The notes under the pieces are model-generated. The model was not told the DNA's origin and searched no databases. It saw only the letters and a list, made by a program, of their open reading frames with translations. The translations under genes were made by a program, and so were the position numbers. Of a stretch of DNA of 64,000 nucleotides, positions 34,550 to 47,129 are shown in pieces. The stretch comes from Trichoplax adhaerens (Eukaryota > Animalia > Placozoa). Every line of letters starts with the position of its first letter. Within the stretch, counting starts at the first letter, position 1. Where the stretch lies: NCBI RefSeq assembly GCF_000150275.1, contig NW_002060946.1:677562-741561 (forward strand), written 5' to 3'.

Positions 34550-35303
34550 ATTGCTAACCGTTGCGGGGGGACGTATTAAGTGATAGATTGAACGTTGGCC
34601 GTGGCTGTCACCCAGCTTTTCGGGCTGAGGGGTTAACAGGGGTTGACTGGTTAACACCTGTTTGACTTCAACACCGTGCACAGTCATACTACTGTTGCAC
34701 AATGGACTGTATCAGCAGTTCAGCACCACGCTGCTACGGTCACAGGAGTCTAGTCGTGGGTGATTGGGCAGCTGAGCATGAGCAGTATACACTACCCGTA
34801 CAGTACTAGGACACGAACTGTACAGTACTTGACGCCCCGGGTACTGACTGTACACTACCGTATGTACTTTAGTACCTCGTAAAGCCAGTCAAACAGGATC
34901 CGATCCAGCTATTGGACATAGTCAACATACGGTGCAAAGTCCAAGTTTCACGAAATGCTTTTATACTGTACTTGTATACAGTACTTCAGTCTTCCGTCAT
35001 GTACCTCATATTAGTACAGTACAGCTTGGCGTAGATGGATTGTTAAATGTTGATATCGATACTTTGACATAAGCAATCCAGGAGAAATACGTTGATTAGT
35101 CTTCCACATCAACTCATTATATACTGTATAATCATTAATTTTCTTCTCATTTCATCCCATAATTATTGTTATTGCTGTTTTATGATATGTAGTCAGACTG
35201 GTGTTAATCTTTATTTTTCTTTTAATTGTGATTGCTGTTCTATGCCGTGTAGTCAGCCAGACGTTATGCTGGGGGGGAATTGGCCAACAATTTGCTAGCA
35301 ATT

Positions 35304-35502
35304 TGTAATAATGACTATGAAAACTACTCCAGCTTCTATGTTGAGGTCTACGGACAATACATGCGAGCACTGTAGTATGTAGATCCCCAAACCCTCCTCC
35401 GTCAATTAAAGCTTTCATTGGTTACTATCTTCGGAATCAGTCATCATTATTTTGTAATAATGCAAGCAAATGACAACAGTAGTTCTTATAGTCATTATTA
35501 CA
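35304..35502. repeat. 199-bp segment bounded by 25-bp inverted repeats (MITE-like)
   Basis: TGTAATAATGACTATGAAAACTACT (35304-35328) versus the reverse complement of 35478-35502, 23/25 identical. No clear target-site duplication. Confidence 0.55.
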
Positions 35503-36903
35503 GAATACCTGTACTCGCATCACCCATCCAGAGTGCATTTATTATACACGAGTACTGTTTATAGCTTGACAAAATTGAAACCAATAATATCTTTGCCAAT
35601 AGGCAAATAATGTAAGCTGGTTTCCTCTTGATCTCAATCCAATCATATAGTCGAGCGTATCGTATTATTCTAGAATCAAGACCACATTGAGTCAGCTATT
35701 ATGCCATTTTCTTGACCGCGAACGCAATCGTCCACGAATAGTTTGTTTACTATAATTACATTACGTAGATACGACCACCACAAGCACAGATACATGACAA
35801 CCTAAACTTAGATTTCTCCGAAATATGTAGTACTGAAGCTAGCTGATTTTATTTTGCTCATAAACGCGCATATAATACTCGAGATGTTTTAGAAGTAATA
35901 CCTTGTTAATGCTAGTTATTCCCGTAAAGAATAGTTGAAATCTTTCCATTTATTACATGCCAGTATGCCATAGTCGTTCAATATTTCGTATATTGCATGT
36001 AATATTATTTATAAATATAATACATAAAATGATAATAATAATAAATTATAAATTCCCGAATACTGTAAATGATATGCTACCTGTAGATGTCATCGGTTTC
36101 AACTTTACAACTGCATTAGCTCTAGAGAACACCGTTACTTTAAGCAAATGAAATTATCTTGCATTCTTTTTTTAATATGAAGTACGGTATATTAAATATC
36201 TTCCTATGCCGCCTGGGTTACCAAATAACAACTATTATTTAAGATGCAACTTCGTTTAGAGCATAGAATGAAGATCGATCAAATTGAGCTATATGGACTA
36301 TAAATGTAGAAATGATAGCCTATACATGTTCGGAATACATTGTATAATATCTTCGCTAAGCAATAGACTGTGTATACAAAATTTAAACCTGTATGCAATA
36401 ATAAAAAATGGTTGTCAATATACACTGTACACTAAGAATATTACAGTCATGACGATATACTCAATTGGTATTGCTAATAGATACCAAAAAGAATGCTCCT
36501 ATGATTTATGAATTACAGTTGCATCGTGCAGTAGCTTCCCAAAAATAGAGTAGCAATAATATATAGTGCAGGGACGCAGTAAAATAGATAGGAGGTACGT
36601 GACTGATTTTGAAAATTTGTCAAGTCAGTGAACTTAAGTCTTATAAATTTTTTAAAATGGATATACACTGCTACTCGTCATTAGTTATATAAACTAAGGA
36701 TAAGTTTTAATTAATGGCTTCGAATAAATTAAATATAACTCTATAAACAAGTAGTATCACTAAGTTGACATTAACTAGGAAGATTAAATACATGGAAGAT
36801 GTTCCAACCAATCAGTAACCAAGCATCAAAATTTTAACTTAAACAGTTAATAAGATGGGCACCATCATGCTGTCATAGTTAGTCCAGATTAAAATGGTAT
36901 AAC

Positions 36904-38153
36904 CTAATAATCACTGAGATCTCCATTAAATTCATCAATTAAATTATGATCTTCTTCAAAATGACGAAGAGCGTTCATGGTTTCGTTAATTTCGTTTAAA
37001 TCAGATTCTTTGATCAAATCGTCGTTATTCCTATGAATTTGGTATAATTATATCAATTACTAATCACTTTCCATTCAAAGATTAAAAAAATTTAACGAAA
37101 TACTCACATAGGGGAACTGTTTACGTCGATTACGCTTTGAAGGGATTGTTTCTCTAACTATACTCATAAAATAAAGACTACAGATTACTGATACGGAAAA
37201 AATTTGCGCTATAATACATATAAATTACGGCATATATTTTCAAAGCAAGAATTAAAGTATATAACTTATTTTAACTACCTGCTGCCTTTCCTCGATCTTC
37301 CTATGTAGTCTATCTAGTGCTTTTTTGCGCCTTTTCAATACCTAAAGTATATTGCAGCGCAAATAATTATATTACCTTATTACAATCTAATAGATTAATG
37401 TTAAACTCGACATAATGCAAAGATTTACAATGACTTTAGCATCTGCAAGACCAGTAAATTATTTACCTCTTTACGAGCTTTAAGCTCTTCCTCTGCTTCT
37501 TTCTTCCTTCCTCGTTCTAAGTGCTCGTTGGTAACTTTAAATATAAAAAGAAACAAATTATGCAATGATACTTTATTCAGGATGTAGAATAGTAAAATAA
37601 GGCAAATTCTGTAAGAATCAATCATTAGAATTTAGATTGCTTGTCTGATAAAGTTATTTTGTTAAATTAACTCACGTTTATCTTCTTGAGGAGGATTGTG
37701 TGCATAAGTAATATCTATGAAGTAAAATAGATGAATTCGTAATCATTAAAATGGTCATTGTATCATCCAACAATGCATCAATTCGTATTTATGTAACCAT
37801 ATCTATCATTGAATTACTGCATGATACTCTAAAATTCCAAAGACTGAATAATTATAGTAGCTACCACTTAGTGACTACAAAGAGATAAAAGTAATAATTC
37901 AAGGGGAATATTATTGAGAAAGTGATGGATATTTGGCACATTCGTAAATCCAAGTTTATGGTGACGTTTACAATTACATTATATTAGATGAATTCATACT
38001 TAATTTTGACTCTGGAGCTGCTTCTAATTTCTGTGAAATATTCAAATGCTCTAATGACGATTGAACATTGGATATTGGATCGATTGCTTTCCAAAATTGC
38101 TTCGCAAGCTCAATATCATCTTTTGAGCTACCTTCAAACGCTATTGTCGCCAT
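36904..38153 (-). CDS. HOATZ: HOATZ (C11orf88) cilia/flagella protein homologue, ~6 small exons
   Basis: Exon 1 MATIAFEGSSKDDIELAKQFWKAIDP resembles the HOATZ motif VFAGSSEQDANLAKQFW. Charged coiled-coil exons follow (EHLERGRKKEAEEELKARKE / VLKRRKKALDRL). Stop at 36904. Confidence 0.75.
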
Positions 38154-38159
38154 ATTTAT

Positions 38160-38173
38160 GTTACCCTAGTAAC
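38160..38173. promoter_or_regulatory. RFX X-box in the HOATZ/TMEM218 bidirectional promoter
   Basis: Near-palindromic GTTACC-CT-AGTAAC between divergent ATGs at 38153 (-) and 38344 (+). Confidence 0.7.
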
Positions 38174-38343
38174 GTCCGCGCATGCCTATTTTCTATATTA
38201 TTAACCGTCAGAAACGGTAGTCGGCGCAAACGCGATGATGACTCCTAATATTTGCAAAATAATTTGAACACCGACTACAAATTCCATCTTTTAATCGTTA
38301 TGATTTATGATTAAATAAGGATATCTCAATCTAAAGAGAAGAT

Positions 38344-39335
38344 ATGGCCCTGGTATTTGGAATAGGAATTGGCCTATTTATACTTATTATACTTTGGTCA
38401 GTGACTTTATTGGGCTGTTTTATATTGGCGAGAGGAACAAATTCATCGTAAGTTAGATGATGCCAATTTCAAACTAACAAAGTAGTTAATTTTTATAAAT
38501 TGATCACTTATACGCAAAATTAAAGCTTCTTACCATTAATAAAATTATAATGAAGAACCCGTAGTAATAGGGGGAATGAAGGCATAGTATAATAGAAGCT
38601 AGTGATATCACTATAATAATTATACTGCATCGAAATGTTGAAGAAGAATCACTGTAGCGGCAGTAAACTGTAATCCATTGACATAGCACGGATTCTGCAG
38701 TAACCGAACAAATAGCAACAGTCGTAGCACTTGATCGATATTAATCGGTTACGGTAATTTAAACTCGTCTCAAATTATCATTTCGAATTAATTTCTAAAA
38801 CAACAAGGAGGCAGTAAATACGTTAGGGTGCCTTAACGAATCTTGAATATTTGATTATCTAAATTAGATTGGGGTAATTATTGTAATACCAACAATCGTT
38901 TAGCAACGAAATCCTTACTCTTTCCTGTATAGGGGTGGAATCTTCGGTTTAGGGTTCCTAGCGGCGATTGTCACGGCGATATTAATTCTCTTTCCTAGAG
39001 CATCTCAGTCAGAAGCTGCGACTCTAGATAACACTGTAAGTGAAATTACTCGTAACAGTACCTGATGGTGTTTTCTTATTGCTGTATCTATACTCGCGAC
39101 TAAAAGCTTTAATAATATCACCTTTGTTACAATAGCGCTGCTTCTAATATTATTGATGAACATGGAAAGTTAATATTTCAATTTCCATTTACAGCTATAC
39201 GATGAATATCTCATTGGTCGGTCAGTACTACTCGGAGTAATGTCACTATTCTCAATAATTTGTTTGTTGTTAATGGTCGTATTCCACTGGATGGAACCCG
39301 TTTATGCCATCGAACCAAAGAAGAGCTTGTATTAA
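38344..39335 (+). CDS. TMEM218: Transmembrane protein 218 (ciliary transition zone); 3 exons, missed by the ORF track
   Basis: Exons 38344-38447, 38933-39035 and 39195-39335 give MALVFGIGIGLFILIILW...ILILFPRAS...LYDEYLIGRSVLL...HWMEPVYA, matching the TMEM218 motifs (GxGxGxF, LLFPR, IGRYVLL, EPIYA). Confidence 0.88.
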
Positions 39336-40233
39336 CGTTTTTATGCATCACTTGCTGATTTTCTTTAGTTTAAAAATTTACACTATCTCCTATTGTACAA
39401 TATTTATTTGAGGTAGTCGATGAGATAAATATTATTACAACCTTTATATCATAGTTAAAGGAGGCAAAATAATTTCAGTTGACTCGGGATATGAAATTAT
39501 AGCCGCTGTGTTACAGAAATGGATTCTACGTTGTTGATTCTCATGGATTACGATCACACTGACTGTAACGTACTGAATTATTGTATATAAGCAATCTAAA
39601 GGTTTCAGCACTGGGCGGAAGCACTACGGATTGTAAATAATAGTGATACTATATAGTGTAAAAGTACCTTAGCACCCTTGACTATGAGTTCCGTGCTAGG
39701 TAGAGAAGAACTGAATTTGAATGTTTTAATTACGGATACACCTAACACAAAACTTACTTAAGGTACAATCATTATTGTCATATGAGCTGCAAAATGGCAG
39801 TGTTGCTGTATAATATATCTTGAAGTGTTCTAAGCTTGTAAATACTCATATTCGGGATTTAAGCATAGATTAAGCGATGACAGATTTGTAAAAACAAACC
39901 AGCACGAAGCAAAATAAAGAATTTCTTAACTATGACATTATGTTTTATAATACGTATATAACTAGGTGGTTTCTAATGGCTGTTGAATTCAATGAATACA
40001 AGATAATGTAAGAATAGGGATTGTAAGGTGAGGAGTACAAGATATGGTAAGGATTCATGACTGTAACCAAAAATTTCGATCCAGTAATCAAAAAATCTCT
40101 GGAATGATGTTTTATTTATTCAATAATTACAATTTATAATGATGTTACGACGAGGTTAAATGTCAAATAAGATTAAATATCACAGGCGATAAAAAAGCAT
40201 CTACAGTAATATTAGGTATAAACCTAATGCGTT

Positions 40234-41861
40234 TCAATAAAGAATTAAATCTACTACACCAAACAAGAGGGATAAGGCAATAACGGTATAGCCAGTCTTA
40301 TAAAGCGTCGGTAGATTGAATCCTTTACCCATATCCCATATCTAAATGTTATAAATTGAAGATTGATTACAACTATTAGATCAAGGATGTATATAGCTAT
40401 TTTATCGAAAAATGAATCTTAGAGTAGCTAGCTATGTACAAGTAAAGTCCACGTTAATATCTTACCAAGTGACGGACTCCATTTATCGCGTGATAATATA
40501 ATGGAAAAATAAAGCCACATTTAAGTGTAAAGGGTACTATGGCTGGAAGGGTTTTCCAAACTTCGATATGTTCTGCTAACGTACCACTAGACGACATGGT
40601 GTATATAGCGAAAGTAGCAGCATCTAAGATAATCATCAGTGACAATTGATTATTACTTTTCACTAGTAATATTGTGGAACGTGATATAAAAGTTAATAGT
40701 TTTATTGATAATAAAGATGGAAATGTATTAGGAGCAACAGGTCTATAATTTTAGATAAGCATACTAATAATAACACGTACATGCCGATAAAATCATTCCA
40801 CTTGCGCGATGGGTGATTGACATCATCGAAGTAAGCTGAGGCCTAAAGATGGCAGCAATATAAAGAGAGAAGTAAGTTAGGAGTTAGTTTACTAAGTGCC
40901 TCTAACAGAGAAAGGCTAAAAGAAATCATCTTGAATAGCGAGATCAACATGATAGGAACATACTTATAAATAGTTAAATGAGGCGACATTGGGCGATTTA
41001 AACGCTTATTCTTTTTGAAGAAGTTATCTTCTGACGTACTAGTCGCCGTGGACATTGCAATCCTAATAAAAAGAGTCGTGAGTAGGAATAAAATGTTATA
41101 TCTACACTATCTTTAGGACTTGAAGATTTATTGAAATATTTTCAGTATCGTCCCACAGTAAAAGATCAATAGTCTAGGTGGAGTAGGCGCACAAATACAT
41201 ACGCGTATAGGCGTATGTATTACTGTACTGTACTATCGATAAAAGGTAGAATGATCTACATTATTAGTCATCGTATTTACGTAACGCCAATGCTTGTTAG
41301 CAACAACTGATTTATTTTAAAAGTACTACGTTACATGAAATTTGATATAAACAATATATACATATAACCGAAGTATAGATTGGCTTTAAGGTAGTAAATC
41401 TGGCGTTCAATTTGGAATTTGTTGATTACAGTTATTACCACACGAACCGTTGTCATCTGAGTTCGTAGTGATGTTTCAGTTGAAAAAGTAACTATCGATT
41501 ATGTGGCATCACATTGTTGACATGATTGTTAAAGAACATGCTATAGGTAAGGATATAACATTAACATCTCTATACTGATAGCTATAGTTAGGGCAATCCA
41601 TAATATATATACAAAAGCTAAGGATGAATTGAAGGATATTTGCCTCAATTACAATAATTGAATTTTACCTTCGAGGAGCTACAGATGTCAATCGGACGAC
41701 CGACAATGAGCTGCCACGCATAAGAAATAGCCGACTTGTGCTAATAAGGATGAAATAATATTCTTTAAAAGTCGTTTCAAATCTTAATTATCAATCAATT
41801 GACATTACGGCAAAGAATATTGACAAAGTTATAGCATTTACCATATTAGATTGACGGCCAT
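40234..41861 (-). CDS. SDHC: Succinate dehydrogenase cytochrome b560 subunit, 6 exons
   Basis: Arg-rich presequence exons, then KNKRLNRPMSPHLTIYK / PQLTSMMSITHRASG / YHAINGVRHL / IWDMGKG. Stop at 40234. Confidence 0.95.
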
Positions 41862-41899
41862 GTTTGACTCTCTGGGGGTTAAAGTCAGGTTGTGGTCCT

Positions 41900-42410
41900 G
41901 TACCCTTCCGTACAGTACTGTAGTGCTGTAAAAAAAAGGGTTGATCACAACACTCGTAGCAGCTAATCAAAGAAGAATTTATGTCTTTATATTTCCTATA
42001 TCGCGATGTGCCATACCATACAGTTCACTAAGTATGTCGAGTTATGGACTACGTACAGTACAGTAGTAGTACGTGCTACAGTACATGTACTGTAGTCTCA
42101 CAGATGCTTGCTTTCGCAGGATTACTCTAGTCAAATCCTTATCTGCTATACTTATTTGTTGGAGTTAACTACGTAAATGTCATGGTCCAAGTACTGTAAG
42201 GGCCCGGGCAATGTACTGTACTGTACTGTACTGTACTGTACAGTACGAGAAAACTTCTACAGTACATTTCTACGTACTGTACTGTACTGTACAGTGTACA
42301 AGTGTCTACAGTACAGTACAATCTACAGTTCATTTACTGTAGGCATACTGTACTGTACACTGAGTACAGTACTTACTGTACAGTATACTGTACATGTAGT
42401 TTATACAGTA
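41900..42410. repeat. (GTACT/TACAG)n low-complexity array upstream of SDHC
   Basis: e.g. gtactgtactgtactgtactgtactgtacagtac at ~42213-42246, with many further TACAGTAC/GTACTGTA copies. Confidence 0.85.
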
Positions 42411-42688
42411 TGTTGTGGCAAACTATCCTAGGTTTTGAGCACAACATAAGAGTATACAGTATAACCTATCGATGTTGTGGCCAACTATCCTAGATTTTCT
42501 AGATAGGTTTTGAGCACAACATACGAGTATACTGTATAACCTATAGATGTTGTGGCCAACTATCCTAGGTTTTCCTAGATTGGTTTTGACCACAACATAC
42601 GAGTATATAACCTATAGATGTTGTGGCCAACTATCCTAGGTTTTCCTAGATTGGTTTTGACCACAACATACGAGTATATAACCTATAT
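42411..42688. repeat. Tandem array of four 62-75-bp hairpin-forming units
   Basis: Units start at 42411, 42473, 42548 and 42619. Core: TGTTGTGGCCAACTATCCTAGG-TTTT-CCTAGATTGGTTTTGACCACAACA. Confidence 0.9.
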
Positions 42689-43973
42689 ATATACAAAATT
42701 CTTTCATCACTCGATATTATTCGTTGCCCAAGCATCTGCCTTTACGTCATTGCCTTCTAAGCATAGGCTTGAGATGACGAATAACTTGATGAGATCGTCA
42801 AGTCTATGATATAGAAACGAAATTGTCTCAGAGCTCAACTGAATCATTGTTGTCGTCTCAACCGTGCCGTGTAATACATTACAATATACCATACTGTCCA
42901 ACCGGCGTTCTTATTAATTTTTTGAATCAAACATCTACTTTGCATAGGTCGTGACTTCCTGTTATTTAATGAAATCTTATAACTGATAGATGCCTTTCTG
43001 CAGCCTGATACTGTTGCCAGTCTAAACGTACAATGCAATTGTTACGATGCGTAAGCTCGTCCTAATTATAACTTTAAAAGGATACTTTTATATTATGTGC
43101 ACCGGGAGTTTCTGACGAGACTATAAAAGGCTGGTGCCTGAAGATTCCTTTTTAGTTCGTTAGTCGGTTAGATAGTCAACTAGTTTTTCAATTGATATTT
43201 AATTGTAAAGACTATAATCTTGGGTGCCAAGATTCCTTCAGTAATAAATGATAGTAAATCTCTGACTATCTCGTCTACATCATCTGTGACGTTATAATTG
43301 TACCATAGTATTCGGTCGTTGGAACTGAATTATTTGGTGATATAGTTAATCTCGCCTCCTTAAGTTAGTAAGTGGCGTTCTCCGCAAGGATTGGCGTGTG
43401 TAGACTACTTTGTCACTAGTGGTGTGTGACAGCAATATACATCTGAACCATAGTACATTCACATTAGATGACATACACAAAATATTTAAGGGTGTTTATT
43501 ATTCGATGAATATATTCATTGAGCAAATCAAAAAGGGTATTCAAATCTACGACAAAAAGTATGTCGTATTAGATATGTATTGAGAACGAATAAAGCATCA
43601 CAGTTAATTGGTGTATTCAACAAAGTTATATACAAATCCGGTAGAGAAACAGTTGACTAATCATTATTTCAAGTCAGTACTGAATTCGAATTAGTGCCGT
43701 ATCCATTTACTTTATTGCGTGGATCTTGTTTTAAGGCTCTCCACACATTGTATCCGGCATTTACAGTACTTTAATTTATTAATTCTGCATTGCAGCAATT
43801 TCAAGTCGGTTACCGTTTAATTCATGGCGTATTATGGTACATATACAAGCCTGGTAACATCTATCGTATACCTGGTGATGGATATGTTAGATACACTTCA
43901 ATTTGTTAGCTCTAGAGTAATTTAGCTGAAAAGTGTTAATAAAATTATATACGCGCAGAGCGCGATTAAAATG

Positions 43974-45751
43974 TTACCGCTCTAACTTTAAATCGTTTAA
44001 TTTCTTTGTTATATCTACTTCCGTCTTATTATTACTGCATTTAGCATTTTTATATCCTTTAGTAACTGGATAGAAAATTTCTCTATTTCCTTTCCTTAGA
44101 TAGGTTTCCTTGCTTACGTTTGTAGTTGATTTTGTAACACCTATTGATTTGGCATTTGTACAGCTAGCAACTTTTTCGGTGTCAACTTTAGCAGTCTGAG
44201 CGGGCCTATGCTGCTTACTCATATCTGTTTTATTTACTATTGATTTAGAAGTTTGGGTAGCACTTTGATTAATAACATTTAAGCCTAAAGCATCTTGGTC
44301 TTTTAACAATTTGGCGTAGACCAGTTGTAATAGTTTAACATCAGTTAGTGCTCCATGCCCCAGCGATCGCGAAGACTTATCAATATTAAAGCGATCACAT
44401 AACGAATCAAGTGAGGCTGGTTGTCTCGGATATAATTTTCTAGCCATCAGCATTGTATCAATAACACGTTCGAAAGATATTTCAGGTATATTCAGTTTTT
44501 GAAATTCGTTATTGATAAATTTGATATCGAAATGGCCATTATGAATGATAAGGGTATCTTCTTGAATAAAGTCACGAAAGTCTTGTACTATCCCATCGAA
44601 AGTAGGAAATCCTTCTAGAAATTTGTTCGATAGATGATGTACCTCAAAGGCCCTTTCTGAGACTGGAAATTTCGGATTGATATAGCATTGGAATGTTCGG
44701 CTAGTTGGTTGATGATCGATTAATTCAAGGCAACCAATTTCGATTATTCGGTGGCCAGTTCTTACGCTTAAACCAGTAGTTTCGGTATCCAATACCACCT
44801 CTCTAAGAGGTGATAAGTTGCTGAAAGATGTTAATTGTCAAATTAGCAAAGATTAAAATGTCAGGTAGGTACAGTACTTACTGCACTATTATGGCTAAAT
44901 GGAATAGAAAGATCATTATTTTGGCTATTCTATCAACGATTAAAGTCAAAATTATTCCATATTTGCATTGCTCCTCATAGGCAACAGACGGGTTCTCTCC
45001 GGTTATTACAAATTACGACTATGTATTCACAATTTTATTTTTTCATCTTAAGCCTATTTTAAACTTTGCCGAGATATTCACATAGTATCAAAGTTCATTA
45101 CAGAGTAATTCAGTATCGGGCTCTTTTGTTGATGTCTCTTGATGAACGTCGGGACATTAAGGGTTCACTAATCTCTTTTTCGTAAGGCATTGATATAAAA
45201 TGCTGAGTACTGAAAAGTTAATTTTGCACTGACTTTGCACTGGCTCGCTTACGACTTAGTAATACAGTACAAGCGCTCGGCTGAAAATATCTTTACATTT
45301 GAGTTCAATTTTTAATTGACTTTAGTTCCAATGCGATCTGATTCAGGTCATAAATTAGTACAATTTGATCGAGACCATTAACTAAGAGTATTAAAAGAGT
45401 ATATCAGGATAAATGCTCTATAAATTCTAAAATTTATGAATTAAAGTCGTTAGACCATAGTTGCAACTTCATGACCATTGATCAGTCAGCAAACAGCTCG
45501 GACATGGTGCTCAAAAGGTACAAAACTTGAGGAGCTAAGTTGATGACAAATTCATCTTAGGAAACCGAAAGCTTTCAGGCTCGGGCTAAATTCGATCTAG
45601 TATAATCTAACTTCTACGGCTAAATTTCTGCTATATCATATTACCTTTTAGGAGGATCACCAGACATCTTTTCATGGAATATGATTGTCAAATTGCATGC
45701 ATGTCGCATAAATCTCGAGGTCTTTCTTATACATGCAATTTGTGTAAGCAT
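43974..45751 (-). CDS. dnaQ: Bacterial-type DNA polymerase III epsilon (DnaQ) DEDDh 3'-5' exonuclease; predicted 2-exon gene
   Basis: Exon 2 (44820-43974) has REVVLDTETTG (ExoI), HRIIEIG, YINP, IHNGHFD (ExoII), IDTMLMAR, SLDSLC and HGALTD (ExoIII). Predicted exon 1 (45751-45645; 107 nt, phase 2, AG|GTAAT donor) joins in frame. The domain call is firm; exon 1 is inferred. Confidence 0.85.
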
Positions 45752-47129
45752 TCCTACCACCTGGAGTACTGTACAGTAGACATCTAATGAAAGTAAAAAT
45801 GACTTTGAAAGCGATAGTTCAAGCTATGCCGTATCATATTACCGCGCTGCAATACTGCAATCAATATCACGTACTGTACGCTAGTTGTACTGTACAGTGT
45901 AGAGTATACACTACACTACCGTACAATATTCAATATTCTATACGTACTGTACTGTACGTGATAGCAACAGACGGGATTCGTAACCTGCATACTGCATACT
46001 TACGGCAGGAACTAGTATGCATTTTCAAGGAAATCACAGCATGATGCTATACCATATCTACTGCAGTTTACTAATATGTGATCAGTAGTTAATTACATGT
46101 GCATATCCCTATAGTAGTGTTAAATGATTATAATTCTCGATTTTATCTTAAGCGACGATAGCACATTAGAGGATCTACCGTCTATTGCTGTATTGAATAA
46201 AGCAAATTGTTTATTAGAATTATATTCTGCCTCAAATAACGTAGTGCTAATACTGCCATAATAATTACTCTAAATACAGTAATAGTCGTCACCGCACAGT
46301 ACTACATCAAATATAGACCGCATCGGCGTAGAACGTTTGAGTAAGTAAGTAAGCACTAACTCTTAAATGCCGTAGCAACCAACCCGATTAACATTCTATA
46401 CTGTGATCGATGTATCTATAGATCACAGCTGACTGAATATTCAAACCTCACTACTGTATAGGGTAAAGCTCAATTGTATAGGTCGCTTTCTAGTTAATAA
46501 GAGCACACTCAGATTTATGCAGCCATGTTATTGCTGTCTTTCTAGGATATACGTAGTTATTCCTTTTAAACAGCATAGCAACACCACCACATAAAATTTT
46601 CGAACAAATATTACAGAGATGGTTAATAGTTAAAAGTACATACTGTAGGTCCAAAAATAGGTATAATGAGAACTCCTTTTTAATTTCTTATTATTTCCAA
46701 AAATTGAATATTTAATTAAGAGTCTATAACATTCCTATACTCATTCACTTTCGTAAATATTTTTACATTTAAAATTCTGAAATTTAGCATCCACACATGT
46801 GGCATGTACAACACAGTCGATAGTAACGTCTGATATAATCGGAACTGACATGTGTCTATATACAGCATAAAATAATGTAAGTACTGTATTTAAAGTAATT
46901 TAAACAACTGCATGCTTCGTAGTGAAATAAAATTATGGAACAAAACTAGGCTTTCTGCCCTAAAGAAATTAATTATCAGACGAGCAAACACGTATACGTA
47001 TATATATATATATACACTGAATTTACTTTTTGTTTAGATCTCGTAACTTTATGCATACTCCCAAATAATTAGTTTAAGATAACGGATTATGCATATTAAT
47101 CGATACTATTGTTATATCATAGTGCAAAT

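Noticed and set aside
35152-35418. 88-aa minus-strand ORF
   Set aside because: No recognisable domain; it overlaps the inverted and direct repeats.
42177-42493. Cys/Tyr/Thr/Val-rich ORFs (VLYCTVLYC...), also at 51611-52113 and 63295-63507
   Set aside because: These are translations of the (GTACT)n array with no splice or homology support.
42411-42688. CRISPR-like appearance of the repeated palindromic units
   Set aside because: The linkers are near-identical and not unique spacers, no cas genes are present, and the context is eukaryotic.
43974-44820. dnaQ as simple bacterial contamination
   Set aside because: It is embedded between spliced animal genes with similar base composition, is preceded by a splice acceptor, and has no neighbouring bacterial genes. 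Chimeric assembly cannot be fully excluded without reads.
44882-45012. Alternative first exon for dnaQ using the donor at 44881 (MIFLFHLAIIVH)
   Set aside because: It is phase-compatible but very short and far from the promoter-like array. The 45751-45645 exon is preferred, though this one is not excluded.
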